A stretch of DNA of 64,000 nucleotides from Verrucomicrobiales bacterium (GTDB lineage Bacteria > Verrucomicrobiota > Verrucomicrobiia > Verrucomicrobiales > V1-33). The position numbers and the translations under genes are program-made. Under the pieces are notes generated by a model. The model did not search any database, had not been told where the DNA came from, and worked only from the letters and a program-made list of their open reading frames with translations. Shown in pieces: positions 27,501 to 37,374 of this stretch. Positions within the stretch are counted from its first letter, which is position 1. Each line of letters begins with the position of its first letter. The stretch covers positions 1 to 64,000 of the forward strand of contig JANOAV010000091.1 of NCBI GenBank assembly GCA_031411295.1. Reading direction: 5' to 3'.

Positions 27501-30500
27501 AAGGTTGATGGTGCCACTGCCAGTGCGGATGACTTGGAAACGATTATTGACCGCAGAGGCTGTGGTGGCATTGTTGCCAGGCGTGCTGGCCAAATTCAGA
27601 CCGCCATTTTTACCCAGTTGGAGCAAGCCGCTGGTGGCTCCCAGAGTTGCGATCGGCCGCACTTGGCGCACATCGGCGGCTGCGAAGTCCGCTCCGGCAG
27701 TTAGGTTGTAGGAGTAGCTTTGTTGGTTGGCTCCCAGCAGTGGGTTCTGATCCAGCAGCAGTGAGGTGTAAGCGCTGGAAACAAAGCCGTCGCTGATGGC
27801 GTTGTAGAACGTCAGATTTCCGGCAGCCCGCAGAGTGAGATCGCCCGGAGCGCTCTTCGGTCCGAAGCGATTGTTCGCCAAATTCCAATCCGAAGTATTG
27901 GTGGATGCAGTGGTCCCTAAAATGAGGTCTCCCGTGCGATTCACAATTTCCGCCCCGGGCTGAATCACCAGCGAATTGCGCAGCACCAAGTTCGTGCTCG
28001 TCAGGCGATTCAGCATCGCATCGTATCCGGCTGCGGCCACGCCTGCGTCACCCACGAAGGCAATGCCGTTGTTCCGCACGTTCGTTTGCACGGTGCTCGT
28101 AATGGTGCTGCCTGCCGCGTTGTTGAGTTCAAACAATTTGTAACCTTCCGCGACCACGGAGGAGGCACCCAGGATGGTGCTGTCGATCGAACTCAGCGCT
28201 AGATCTGTGCTGCCAGCATTTTGCGGGGCCCGCAAATGCAGCGTTCCCGTAAATAAACCGTTGGCCGCACTCGCGGCCGAATTTTCAGCTACGGTTAGGT
28301 TGATGGTGGAACCAGCGAGTAGCTCTAACTGACCACCTGCATTGCCCCGTGTTGCTAGGGAGATATCGCCCCCTTTGCCCGCTGCGCTGAAACGTTGGGC
28401 GGCGGTGGTGAGCACCGCCGTGGAGTTGATGATGAGGGCACCGTTCGCATCGAGCGCGATCGTGCCGCCTTCAACTCCGGCAGCATTGATGGTGCCATTT
28501 ACCGTCAGCGTGCCCGCATCCACCGAGAGTCGGAAGATTTGTGCGTTGCTGATACCATCCAAGATCACGTTGCCAGTGCGCACGCGCAGATTTCGCGCAG
28601 CGGTAAACCCTGCGGTGTTCAGCGTTTGATTCAAACCGAGGAGATCGGGAATCGTGGCGGCATCCAAAGTGAATTCCCCATTCCGACCACCGCTGCCACC
28701 TTGTCCAGCCATGACGCCGTTCAGCACGAAATTACCCAACGGAGAGCTGACGACCACACTGCCAGCGTTGCCTCCGGCCGCAGGAGCAGCCACGTTGACC
28801 AAGCTACCATTGGCAATCGTAACATTACCAGCGTCCGCCGTCAGCTTGACTTGGCCCCCATCGGTGGGTTTGCTTAGATCATGGATCGTTTGCATGGTCC
28901 CGGCTAAATTGAGATTGCCGGAGATAGCAAGATTTCCGCTCGTGGCGCGAATATTGAGAACGCCGCTCGGCAGTAAAATGTCGCTCGACTGACTGACGCT
29001 GGCACCTGTGAGATTGAGGCTGGCCCCCAGTCCGCCGGTCACATTAGCGGTGCCGCCACCCACCGGCTTTTGGATCACCAAGGCCCCACCAGCGCTGATG
29101 GACTGGCTGGAGCCAGCCGCACCGGTTAGCACAGGGGTGGTCAGAGTGAGATTTCCGGCCACATTCATCGTGCCAGTGCCTTCGTTAATGATGCCGGAGG
29201 TGGCGTTCAAGCTAACATTTGTGTATTGATCAATCGCGAGTCCGCCTTTACCCAAGCGGAGCGTGTCCGCATTGATGACAAAATTTCCCGTCGGAGCAGC
29301 CACGATGCCGGGCGCTGTGCGGCCTGGGCTGTTATCCAAGACCACGTTCTGGGCCGTGAAGGTAGCCGTGCCGCCACCGGTATTGAAGCCCCGAATTTCT
29401 GCCGCATGGATTCCCAAGTTCGCCAGATTCGACGTCCCAACTTGGCCCGTGCCATAGATGTCGAGCGAGGAGTAGCTGAGGAAATTCAGCGAGGAAGCAG
29501 ACTGTAGGTTGGCTAACGCCGCACCCGCCAGCACTAATCCTGCGGTAGGCTGCAACGCGCCCGGGTTGTTGAGCGCCAGACTAATTTGACCGCTGTTCAA
29601 ATTGACCGTTTGTCCGAGCAGACTAGCCGTCGGGCTGAGGTTCGTTCCGTAAGTGGAATCCAGCGTCACGCTGGGGCCGGAAAGAATCACTCCGGCACCC
29701 ACCGTCATTTGCGGAACGGTGGACCCAGTCACTCCGCTCCGAACCACTTGGGCGTTAGGATCGCTGCTGAGCCGCACCAGCAACCCATTGCCGCTGCCTG
29801 CGGTGGAGGATCCCAGCAGGATGGTATCTGCGCTTCCGGCTTGCGTTCCGGTCACGGTGATCGATGCGCCTGGCGCCAGAGTTAGGTTTTGATTGGACAC
29901 CAGCACGATATCGCTTCCGGTGAGCGGGGTGCCGGCGTTGTCCACGGTGAGCCGATTGGTTTTCACCGTGACGCTCGTTCCGTCGGGACCAAATTTCCTC
30001 ACACCACCAATCAACAAGCTGGCGGCTCCGAAGCCATTCAGTTGTCCGGCATTCAACACCAAACTACCGGGCGCAGGGGTGGAGCTGGATCCGGAAATTA
30101 GGATATCCAGCGGGCTGGAAATATCAATCAATCCGCCGCGGCCACCCGATGTGGTGGCATTGACAGTGCCGTTCACAGCCATCGAGGTAGTGGCTGCGAG
30201 CACCAACTGCCCGGCATCGATCGGCAGACGTGGCGTGGTGACACCACGCTTGGTGGCACTTTCGGCAAACCATGCATTGGCAAAGTAATCCTGATACTCG
30301 GATCGTTGACGCACCACGCTGGAAGGGGCGACTTCCCACCGGGAGAAGATCTCTGGCACGGAGCGCTCGCCATTCAGGCTGTTATAACGATACCCGGAAA
30401 CCAGACTGGCTCCGTCGTCCTTCTTGAAGGTTCCAATGGGAATGCCCGACTGCGGAGTGACTAACACGGCCCCGGGGAGCAGGGCATAACGCGCTGGCAG

Positions 30501-33500
30501 CAGCGTATAGACGCCCGCCTTCAAGGATTCGCTGGCTCCCAGATAAACTTGATCGCCCGGTCTCAGGCCACTGTTCACATAGCCGGGATCGCCTCCCAGA
30601 TTGCCCGCGTTGCTACTGTTATTGAAAGCTCCGAACGGTGCGAAGTTAGCATTGTAGCCCGGGATGACCGCAAAGCTGGTGGTCGAGGCCAGGATGTCCT
30701 TGGTGCCGCCAATGCCCTGAATCCAGCGATACGCATAGAGTTCGCCACCGCCACTGATATCGATGACGGATCCAGCCATGGTGTTGACACTGGCCCCGGC
30801 AATGTTGATGGCTTTGGCAGGAGGACCGGTGGTGGTGATATCATTTCCAGCTGGATCAATCCAGGACGTGCCGTTCTGAATGATACCGTAAGGGAAGACG
30901 ACGCCCTGACCGGTAATCGGATCAATTCCGGAAACCGAGGTAATGCTGCCGGGCAGCAAATTGACTTGCTTGGTTGCGGTCACAGCCAAGCCGGAGAAGG
31001 AATCGAGCGGAGCGGTGCCAGTGCCATCCCAGCCCAGATTGATGATCCCCAAGGGAGCACGCAGCGTGCCGCCTTGATTAATGATGCTGGCAAAGACGTT
31101 CAAGGTGCCGCCCGCTTCCAATGGCAGATTTCGCACGCCGGAGGATTCGAAATTTACGGTGCCGGATTTCAGCAAGCCACCATGAAGATAATCTGCCACA
31201 TTGATGGTAAATGACGTTGCAGCCGCCGGATAAATTTGCGCAGCTCGCATGGTTAGGTTGCCAGCGATATTCAATGAACCACTGCCCCGGATATCACCAC
31301 CATTGGCAATCAAGTTGGCTTGGCCGATGCCTTGCAGGGAGAGATTCCCAATGTCGATGTGATCCGCGCGGACGTTGAGGATGCCGGCACCATACGTAGG
31401 CTTGGCATCGGGAACCTTGGTGACGACATCAAGCGGATTGGACGGTAGCAGGAAGGCCTGACCCAAAGCTACATAGGGAGCTGAGAGGTTTACGGTGTCG
31501 TCGGCTCTGATGAAGCCAGAATTGGCGATGTAGAGACTGGCGCGCGCATCAATCGTGATCGGTCCGCGGAATTCAACCGCTCCTGAGCCACCCAGCGTGA
31601 GGGAATCGAAGCCGCCACGCAGGAAGGTGTTGGCACTGAAGTAGCCCATGCCAGGAATCGGCGTGCCACTGCCGTCCACCACCGGATTACCAATCCCAGC
31701 AAATCCTGCTGGGAGCGTCCATCCGCTTTGTTTCACCAGCAATGAGGTGTCCAATGGCGTGGGCGTCGCGAGCGGATCATAGTAACGCCCGGAGGTTACG
31801 ATCAGGCTGCCGCCCGTGGCCGTCGGTCCACCGGCAAATCCCTTGATGGTGGAATCAACAAACAACTCCTGCCCGCCGCGTAGAATCACCGTGCCACCAT
31901 TGCTGTCCACCTGCGTGGCGACATTCAGGAAACGATAGAGTGGAGTGGTTAAGCCGCTGGAAGTTAGCACCAGTGGCGAGGTCTCGGAGCCAAGATAGTT
32001 CGGATGCAAATCCAGGATGCCGCTGGCACCGGAAACATCAATCACGGAACCGCGCGCGCCCACAATGTTACCAGCCACGCTCACCGTGCCACCCGGCAAC
32101 ACCGTGCCGACCCGCCGTCCGTAAGCGTCAGGCTGCAGCACCACGGTGCCAGCAGTCGAAAGCAGGCTGCGTGGCCCCAGATAGACCGTCGGCAACGCCT
32201 GGGTCGGCGTAGCGTTGGAGGGGAAGCGATTCGCACCAGTCAAGGTGATCGTCCCGCCTGGAGCAATGATGGAACCCAAGAAGGCAATCGTGTCAGCCTT
32301 CAACCCAACATTTCCCAGCGGATTCGTGCGCACGACCGCTCCCTGACCGAAGACCAGATCTCCCCGAATTTTCAGGGACCCAGTGTAATCGTCGGAAACC
32401 GAGACGGCACCAAAATTCAAACTCAGTGCAGGCCGCATGCCTTCTGGATAAAGCGCGGTGGTGGTGGCGAAGGTCAGATGATTCTGTGGATAGGGCACCG
32501 CCAGCAGGCTGGCGACTTGAGGATTAATCGTGGTGTTAGGCGCGATGATGAGGCCGGGGATGAATTTCTCTGGATCATCCGTGGCCGCTCCAATGCCGGA
32601 AATATTGAACGTGGTGAAGCCGCCTTCGCTAAAGAACTCTGGCTGTAAAATGGTGGTGCCAGGATAAGCCGACCGCCCGCCGATCTGCAGCAGCAACGCC
32701 TGCAGGGTGAGCGAAGCGCCTTTGGCACCAACGCCTGCGAAACCACGCAACGTGGCTCCCAATTCCAACGTGCCACCAGTCACGCCCGGACGGGAAACAT
32801 CGCGCCCCGTGTTGATGATTAGATTTCCGCCGTTGCCATAAGTTTGCCGTCCGGTAGCTCCGATGGCAATGCCGCCCGAGACATCGATCGTGGCCCCACG
32901 CTGGAGGTTGGCGCTAAAGGTGTTGATGGCAATGGTGCCGCCGTTGGTCAGCAGTGGCAGCGTAAGGGGATTTGGTGAGCTAAGGCGATCATCCACCAGC
33001 AAACCCGCCGTGCTCAGATTGGCTCCGGGAGCTACAGTCACATTACCGCGTCCGATGTTAGCCGTAGGCTCGGCAGTCAGAAACGGCACCGCTCCCGGAG
33101 AAATATTATAGGCGGTGAGTTTAAGATTTCCCGCTGGCACCGTCACATTTCCTTCCACCCGAATGTTGGCTCCGGCCAATGTTAGCGAACCACCCGCGGG
33201 CCCGGTTAAATCAATGCCGGAGGGCACCGTGATGCTGCCATCAGGATTGTTCACCGTCATATTTCCAAAGCCTCGCTCATTAAACAAACTGGGCGAAAGC
33301 AGGACTCGCGCAACGCGATCCGCCCGCAGCGGGGCGGGATCGCCTGTGGCATTGACCACAAATGGTCCCGGTTCCGATTGTGAGCCGTCGCCAAAGGAAA
33401 TCGCGGGCGGGGTGGGAGAGAATTCCACTGGCAGACCTGCGTTGCCTTTGCGTTGGGCTACGAAATTTAGCTCCAGCGTAGAAGCCTTGGCGAGGACAGA

Positions 33501-35687
33501 CCGCTGCCGTGGACCATTGAGCGTATTGCCAAAGAAATCCCCATCCAACGCCATCGCGGGAGAACTAATCGCCAGACTGCCACCATCCGCACCCCAGATG
33601 TAACCGGGATCGTAGTGACCATTGAGCATCCACGGCACAGTATAGGTTTCAGTGACACCCCAGTGCGGGTGGTTCACCTTGAAAAGACCATCATAGACTC
33701 CGTTGTAGATCAAATCTGGCGTGGCGTCAGAGATTTCAAACAGGCGGCCATACGCCATGACGCGGCTCGTTTGCACGAATCCGCCTTCGTAGTTCGTCCA
33801 GCCAGCGGAAACGTCGATGGTGGCACCATTTTTGATCACGGTGGAACTACCCGCATTCACCTTCACACTGCCGCCGGCCGTGGTTAGTTCACTCACCGTG
33901 CGTTGCACCAAATTCAGATAGCCCGTGAGATCTCCCAATGGGGTCCCGACCCAGGTGAAGCCGTTATAAACGCCGGTCTTGCGCAGATCCACCACGAGGT
34001 TCACGCCGCGTAAGTTCCCCAATCGCTGCAATGGAGAGTCCGCCAATTCAGATCCGCGCAACTGCACCACAATAATATTTTCCGAGATCGGTGCCACTGC
34101 ATCAGTCGTGCCAGCCACGCTAATCAACGCTCCCGGTTCCAGATAAACCTGACCATTGGAGAACATCATGGTCGAATCCTGACTCGCACCGCTAATGAAA
34201 TTCCACACCCCTGCACTCAGCGTCACGCTGGCATTGGGAGCCAGAATGGTGGCATCGCTCGCCATGTGGATCGTCTTGCCGGAAATGTCAATCTTACTTG
34301 GCAAGGCCAGCTTCGCGCCAGCTACTTTGTCCGTGCTCGCCCACTCCGGCAGAATTTCAATGGCACTGCCTTTGCCCAGTTCGACGTGACCACTGGTCTT
34401 GTTCAGGAATGGCAGCGTTTGCGCGCCCGTCTCATTTCCCGCAGGGTTCGGAACCGCGTCGTAATTGGCTGAAAGGATGATGCTGCCATTGAGCGATACG
34501 GAAGTGCTGGCCTTGAGTCCGCCGAGTTGCTCCACGCGTTTCCCGGCCATGGTAATGTTTCCGCGCAGGGCTTCGATATAGCCGGTGTTCGTAACCGTGC
34601 CAGCGTAGGGAGCCAGGGCGGAAGCGGGATCAACCACCGCACCAATGTAAGTATCCAGACCGCGCAGACTGGGATCACTGGTTTTGTGGGCCGTGAAGCC
34701 AACTTGCAATCCGGCCGCCAGAATCGTCTGTCCATCCGGTGTTAGGATAGTGCCCGCGTTGTTCACATTGGGTCCGATCAACGCGATGCGTCCGCCCACG
34801 CGATCGGCGGAAGTAGGGCTGCTCAGGATGGCTCCTGCCTGCACCGTGACATCGCCAATGCGGCCGTTAGGAGTGAGTGGCGCTGGCGGGGTGAAGGCGG
34901 GTGTGCCCTTGGCCCCCGCAGGAATGGACAAGGCGGAGAAGAGGAATTGGGAGTCGGGGTTGTTGAGCAATCCCCGGTTGATCAAATTGTCGTTTATCGG
35001 CAGGGAGGATGCGACTAACGTGTGGACGTTAACCTGGCTCCCACCGCCGAAAATGATGCCGTTCTGATTAATGATGTAAACTTGCCCAGGGGCCGTGATA
35101 CTACCAAGGATCTGGGAGGGCGAACCGGATGGGTCCAACACGCGATTGAAGGCAATCCATTGGCCGACGGCCGCACCTCCGGCACTCTGATCGAAATGCA
35201 GATTGGTATCACGACCAACGTTGAACGTGGTCCAGTTCAGGAGCGCCTGCTGACTGGTCTGCTTGACGGTCACATTGGTTAAGCCGCCAGCCGAAATTTG
35301 GGTGGGAGCCAGCGCACCCACCGCACTTTGAAACTGTAGTCCGCCTGGAGCCAAGCCATTTGGCACGTTAGGGAGTTGCATCCCAGGGTGATTTGGATCA
35401 GCCCCCGCATTGTTCGGACCGCTGCGTGCTGCAGCCTGGGCCGCCGCCTGCAAGTTCTTCACCGCTTGCAAGGCATTTGCAGTGCGGGATAAGGCATCCT
35501 TCGCATTGGTGCGGGCTTGCGCGGCCGTCGCATTCGTGGCGGCGGAATTTCCCTGCGGGTTCGGCACATTGGCGGACGCTCCACCACGCAGAATGTCCCC
35601 CGCCGGCAACGCGGAGGAGGACGCAAGCAATACCGCCGCGTGGCGCAGCCATTTTGCAATCACCATTGAATTAGGGGAGGGACTCAT
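24513..35687 (-). CDS. Filamentous-haemagglutinin-family TpsA exoprotein (3724 aa) with C-terminal DUF3739-like domain (PdtA-like)
   Basis: TPS domain (QQALLNWTTFNVG, SQILGSITAPGQVYIINQNGIIFG), long G/N/T-rich beta-helix repeats, C-terminal GIITEGGGNI..SRIFTLRGGNIVIWSSAGDIAAG..IDAGDAGIR. Confidence 0.9.
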   Translation of the reverse strand: MSPSPNSMVIAKWLRHAAVLLASSSALPAGDILRGGASANVPNPQGNSAATNATAAQARTNAKDALSRTANALQAVKNLQAAAQAAARSGPNNAGADPNHPGMQLPNVPNGLAPGGLQFQSAVGALAPTQISAGGLTNVTVKQTSQQALLNWTTFNVGRDTNLHFDQSAGGAAVGQWIAFNRVLDPSGSPSQILGSITAPGQVYIINQNGIIFGGGSQVNVHTLVASSLPINDNLINRGLLNNPDSQFLFSALSIPAGAKGTPAFTPPAPLTPNGRIGDVTVQAGAILSSPTSADRVGGRIALIGPNVNNAGTILTPDGQTILAAGLQVGFTAHKTSDPSLRGLDTYIGAVVDPASALAPYAGTVTNTGYIEALRGNITMAGKRVEQLGGLKASTSVSLNGSIILSANYDAVPNPAGNETGAQTLPFLNKTSGHVELGKGSAIEILPEWASTDKVAGAKLALPSKIDISGKTIHMASDATILAPNASVTLSAGVWNFISGASQDSTMMFSNGQVYLEPGALISVAGTTDAVAPISENIIVVQLRGSELADSPLQRLGNLRGVNLVVDLRKTGVYNGFTWVGTPLGDLTGYLNLVQRTVSELTTAGGSVKVNAGSSTVIKNGATIDVSAGWTNYEGGFVQTSRVMAYGRLFEISDATPDLIYNGVYDGLFKVNHPHWGVTETYTVPWMLNGHYDPGYIWGADGGSLAISSPAMALDGDFFGNTLNGPRQRSVLAKASTLELNFVAQRKGNAGLPVEFSPTPPAISFGDGSQSEPGPFVVNATGDPAPLRADRVARVLLSPSLFNERGFGNMTVNNPDGSITVPSGIDLTGPAGGSLTLAGANIRVEGNVTVPAGNLKLTAYNISPGAVPFLTAEPTANIGRGNVTVAPGANLSTAGLLVDDRLSSPNPLTLPLLTNGGTIAINTFSANLQRGATIDVSGGIAIGATGRQTYGNGGNLIINTGRDVSRPGVTGGTLELGATLRGFAGVGAKGASLTLQALLLQIGGRSAYPGTTILQPEFFSEGGFTTFNISGIGAATDDPEKFIPGLIIAPNTTINPQVASLLAVPYPQNHLTFATTTALYPEGMRPALSLNFGAVSVSDDYTGSLKIRGDLVFGQGAVVRTNPLGNVGLKADTIAFLGSIIAPGGTITLTGANRFPSNATPTQALPTVYLGPRSLLSTAGTVVLQPDAYGRRVGTVLPGGTVSVAGNIVGARGSVIDVSGASGILDLHPNYLGSETSPLVLTSSGLTTPLYRFLNVATQVDSNGGTVILRGGQELFVDSTIKGFAGGPTATGGSLIVTSGRYYDPLATPTPLDTSLLVKQSGWTLPAGFAGIGNPVVDGSGTPIPGMGYFSANTFLRGGFDSLTLGGSGAVEFRGPITIDARASLYIANSGFIRADDTVNLSAPYVALGQAFLLPSNPLDVVTKVPDAKPTYGAGILNVRADHIDIGNLSLQGIGQANLIANGGDIRGSGSLNIAGNLTMRAAQIYPAAATSFTINVADYLHGGLLKSGTVNFESSGVRNLPLEAGGTLNVFASIINQGGTLRAPLGIINLGWDGTGTAPLDSFSGLAVTATKQVNLLPGSITSVSGIDPITGQGVVFPYGIIQNGTSWIDPAGNDITTTGPPAKAINIAGASVNTMAGSVIDISGGGELYAYRWIQGIGGTKDILASTTSFAVIPGYNANFAPFGAFNNSSNAGNLGGDPGYVNSGLRPGDQVYLGASESLKAGVYTLLPARYALLPGAVLVTPQSGIPIGTFKKDDGASLVSGYRYNSLNGERSVPEIFSRWEVAPSSVVRQRSEYQDYFANAWFAESATKRGVTTPRLPIDAGQLVLAATTSMAVNGTVNATTSGGRGGLIDISSPLDILISGSSSTPAPGSLVLNAGQLNGFGAASLLIGGVRKFGPDGTSVTVKTNRLTVDNAGTPLTGSDIVLVSNQNLTLAPGASITVTGTQAGSADTILLGSSTAGSGNGLLVRLSSDPNAQVVRSGVTGSTVPQMTVGAGVILSGPSVTLDSTYGTNLSPTASLLGQTVNLNSGQISLALNNPGALQPTAGLVLAGAALANLQSASSLNFLSYSSLDIYGTGQVGTSNLANLGIHAAEIRGFNTGGGTATFTAQNVVLDNSPGRTAPGIVAAPTGNFVINADTLRLGKGGLAIDQYTNVSLNATSGIINEGTGTMNVAGNLTLTTPVLTGAAGSSQSISAGGALVIQKPVGGGTANVTGGLGASLNLTGASVSQSSDILLPSGVLNIRATSGNLAISGNLNLAGTMQTIHDLSKPTDGGQVKLTADAGNVTIANGSLVNVAAPAAGGNAGSVVVSSPLGNFVLNGVMAGQGGSGGRNGEFTLDAATIPDLLGLNQTLNTAGFTAARNLRVRTGNVILDGISNAQIFRLSVDAGTLTVNGTINAAGVEGGTIALDANGALIINSTAVLTTAAQRFSAAGKGGDISLATRGNAGGQLELLAGSTINLTVAENSAASAANGLFTGTLHLRAPQNAGSTDLALSSIDSTILGASSVVAEGYKLFELNNAAGSTITSTVQTNVRNNGIAFVGDAGVAAAGYDAMLNRLTSTNLVLRNSLVIQPGAEIVNRTGDLILGTTASTNTSDWNLANNRFGPKSAPGDLTLRAAGNLTFYNAISDGFVSSAYTSLLLDQNPLLGANQQSYSYNLTAGADFAAADVRQVRPIATLGATSGLLQLGKNGGLNLASTPGNNATTASAVNNRFQVIRTGSGTINLAAARDVQLLNQFATIYTAGTKVVDATMGGQFDIPVISLSGNQGALGAIQQSPGYAPQYALAGGNISIFAQGDIKHLTKNTAGALIDDSSRELPYNWLYRRGALDANGNFALSRNNEIASTSWWVDYSNFFEGVGALGGGNVSLVAGGNIKNVDAVAPTNARMTKTTPSTATLIELGGGNVTINAGGNIDGGAYYVERGQGRLIASGEITTNSTRTPSLGSIISQAPQDSRTWLPTALFLGKGGFDVSARKDLLLGPTVNPFWLPQGYSNTYWYKTYFNTYDSKSSVTASSLTGNVTLRTEVTTANSTAPVPVLQAWFENINKLTDNSVSRYQPWLKVVEADVGVFGITASLLPGTLKATSFSGNVNLQGSLTLAPAPAGTVELVAASAINGLQATGFDAGTNANIWTTSTINLSDSNPDALPGQRSPYAFQALLGSNFSVATRARATPANLLDFIAAHFAESGSIVQNLSDKQNLHAAGPLHSGDTKPVYLYAGTGDISGLELFTGKAARITAGRDVRDISFYIQNLSTQDVSLVSAGRDILPYDATAPLRISATTGGNALATGETPKLGDLQISGPGTLEVLAGRHIDLGTGASLNDGTGTGITSIGNARNPNLPFAGASVIVGAGIGSAAGLESSTLDFDGFIAQYVTAANLAKYQTELSASFPSLTGGNFTSLPVEEQHRIALEVFYKLLRDSGREHNLTVGPNAGTYASGLAAIASLFPNAGTEGDVTTQSRDIRTKSGGDISIFSPGGKLTLATSVIGTPLAPPGIITEGGGNISVFTNGNVDLGISRIFTLRGGNIVIWSSAGDIAAGSASKTVASAPPTRVIIDPQSGDVKVDLAGLATGGGIGVLATVAGLAPGSVDLIAVAGKIDAGDAGIRSAGTLNLAAPVIANAGNIAAGGATSGAPAVAAPSAPSVAAAPPPPPQPSGSNPTTTATPPPPKDPEVLPSLVTVEIISYGGGGSTDEDKDEEERKKREREAQEAQEAKAAEKLQ

Positions 35688-35701
35688 GGGATGAATAAAT
35701 G

Positions 35702-36616
35702 TTATTGGCCCAGTTTTTTAAGTTCCTGGGCCAAGGTTACTTCGTTAATGACCAGCGGGTTGTCCGACAACATCTTGGCGAGGAACTCCTTGGTGTTGGC
35801 GGCTAATTTTTCGGAGCGAAGTTGTTGGCGCAATTTCTCGCGCACTTCGCCCAACGTGGGTGTGTTCGGCTCTTTGCTGTCGAGCACCTTGATGACATGC
35901 CAGCCGTCATCCAGCTTCAATGGCTCGGAAATGGAGCCCAGTTTCAGGTTGGGCAATTGCGTGCGAATCTCCGGTTGGATCTCGCCTTCCGCCACCCAGC
36001 CGATCTCACCACCTTGACCTGCACTAATCTTTTCATCGCTGAACTCACTGGCGAGTGCTTTGAAGTCGGGGGCCTTGGCTGCCAAAGCCTTCTTGACAGA
36101 TTTGAGTTTTCCATCGGCCTTTTCCTTGGTGGCAGCATCAGCTCCCTTGGCCAGAGCAATGTAAATTTGCGCCAAGCGAAATTGCCGTGGCACCAACAAC
36201 GAGGCCCGATTGGTGTTGTAGTAAGTCTCCAGTTCGGCCTCGCTGGGAAAGGCTTCTGCTGGTTCCGACTGAGCGCGCAGATAGGATTCTGTCAGGGTGC
36301 TCTCGATGACTCGCTGAATCTGCGATTTCACTTCCGGCTTCTCATCCCATTTGCTTTCACGGACCTTTTCCAAAACCAACTTTTGCACCAGTAGCGAGCG
36401 CACCAATTGGTTCATCAGATTGGGGTTGGCAGCCACTGCCGCAGCCTCTTTGCTGCCAAGATTTCCCAGGGTTGCTTTGAGGTCATCCACCTTGATTTCC
36501 GTAGTGCCAATCTTGCCGACGACATCGTCGGCCAGAACCACAGAAGGGCTGGCAACAAACCACAGCACCACCGCACTGAGGATGCGAAAAGATTGGCTAT
36601 GATTTCGGTTTGGCAT
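35702..36616 (-). CDS. Exported PpiC/parvulin-type peptidyl-prolyl isomerase (SurA/PrsA-like)
   Basis: FRLAQIYI, DFKALASEFSDE..GGEIGWV, SEPLKLDDGWHVIK. Signal peptide follows ATG 36616. Confidence 0.88.
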   Translation of the reverse strand: MPNRNHSQSFRILSAVVLWFVASPSVVLADDVVGKIGTTEIKVDDLKATLGNLGSKEAAAVAANPNLMNQLVRSLLVQKLVLEKVRESKWDEKPEVKSQIQRVIESTLTESYLRAQSEPAEAFPSEAELETYYNTNRASLLVPRQFRLAQIYIALAKGADAATKEKADGKLKSVKKALAAKAPDFKALASEFSDEKISAGQGGEIGWVAEGEIQPEIRTQLPNLKLGSISEPLKLDDGWHVIKVLDSKEPNTPTLGEVREKLRQQLRSEKLAANTKEFLAKMLSDNPLVINEVTLAQELKKLGQ

Positions 36617-37373
36617 CGGTTTTGGGTGCTTCCTTGGCAGGGGCAGGCGCTGGTTTGGCGGCTGCCGCAGCAGCTTTGCTTCCATCCGGCTTGATCTTCG
36701 AGTCCTGCAGCTTGTCCGCATAATCCTGCACCAGCGTTTCCAGCTTCACTTTGGAAAGTCCGGTAAAGGGTTCTTTGGAAAGCAGGGCGCGACCCAGCCC
36801 GTAGTTTTCATAACGGGTTAGGATTTCCTTGCCGAGCTTATACAGTTCGATGTTCTTGCGCTCGCGGTCCAGCACCTTGCGATCCAGTCGAATGACTTCA
36901 TCTGCCAGGCGGGAACGTTCGGATTCCTTGGTCTTGGCCGTGCTTTCCATCTTGCCGTAACCTTCCTGCCACTTTTTCAGGGACTCATTCAGGGTGCCGA
37001 TTTGTTTGGTGGCATCTTCGTTTTTGGCGGTCAGATCGGCCTGCACTTTGTCGGCTTTGGTCTTATCCTCGGCACTGTTCTTCAAGGCTTGATCCAACTT
37101 GGCCTTCAGGTCCTTGTTGGCAGCTTCGGCCTCATCTTTGGCGGCCTGCATCGTAGCCGTCTCACTCTGGGCGGTGCGCAGTTGCAGCGTGATATTCTTT
37201 AACTGCTCGCGCAGTTTGGCCAACTGAGGATCTGGACCTGCCGGCGCTTGGGCGTGAGCGTGGCAACTCAACAGCAGCAGGCACAGAAAGGAGCAGGCGC
37301 GGCTCGCGCCTGTGAAAGCTCGGACGAATGGTCGGGGCGAGCCGCCCCGACTCCATGGAAATAAATTTATCAT
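36597..37373 (-). CDS. Exported coiled-coil protein of the TPS-ExbBD cluster
   Basis: Signal peptide FLCLLLLSCHAHA, long heptad/charged helix, C-terminal N.ELY..G.EIL.RY..KEPFTG. Start abuts the porin stop. Confidence 0.75.
   Translation of the reverse strand: MINLFPWSRGGSPRPFVRAFTGASRACSFLCLLLLSCHAHAQAPAGPDPQLAKLREQLKNITLQLRTAQSETATMQAAKDEAEAANKDLKAKLDQALKNSAEDKTKADKVQADLTAKNEDATKQIGTLNESLKKWQEGYGKMESTAKTKESERSRLADEVIRLDRKVLDRERKNIELYKLGKEILTRYENYGLGRALLSKEPFTGLSKVKLETLVQDYADKLQDSKIKPDGSKAAAAAAKPAPAPAKEAPKTDAKPKS
37290..37354. repeat. GGAG-type REP doublet inside the 5' end of the coiled-coil CDS
   Basis: Plus strand GGAG-CAGGCGCG-GCT-CGCGCCTG (37290-37312); minus strand GGAG-TCGGGGCG-GCT-CGCCCCGA (37354-37332). 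Confidence 0.65.
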
Positions 37374-37374
37374 G

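Noticed and set aside
24513..35687. Contact-dependent inhibition (CdiA) toxin
   Set aside because: No VENN/ELYN-type delimiter, toxin domain or downstream immunity ORF was seen; the C-terminus is DUF3739-like.
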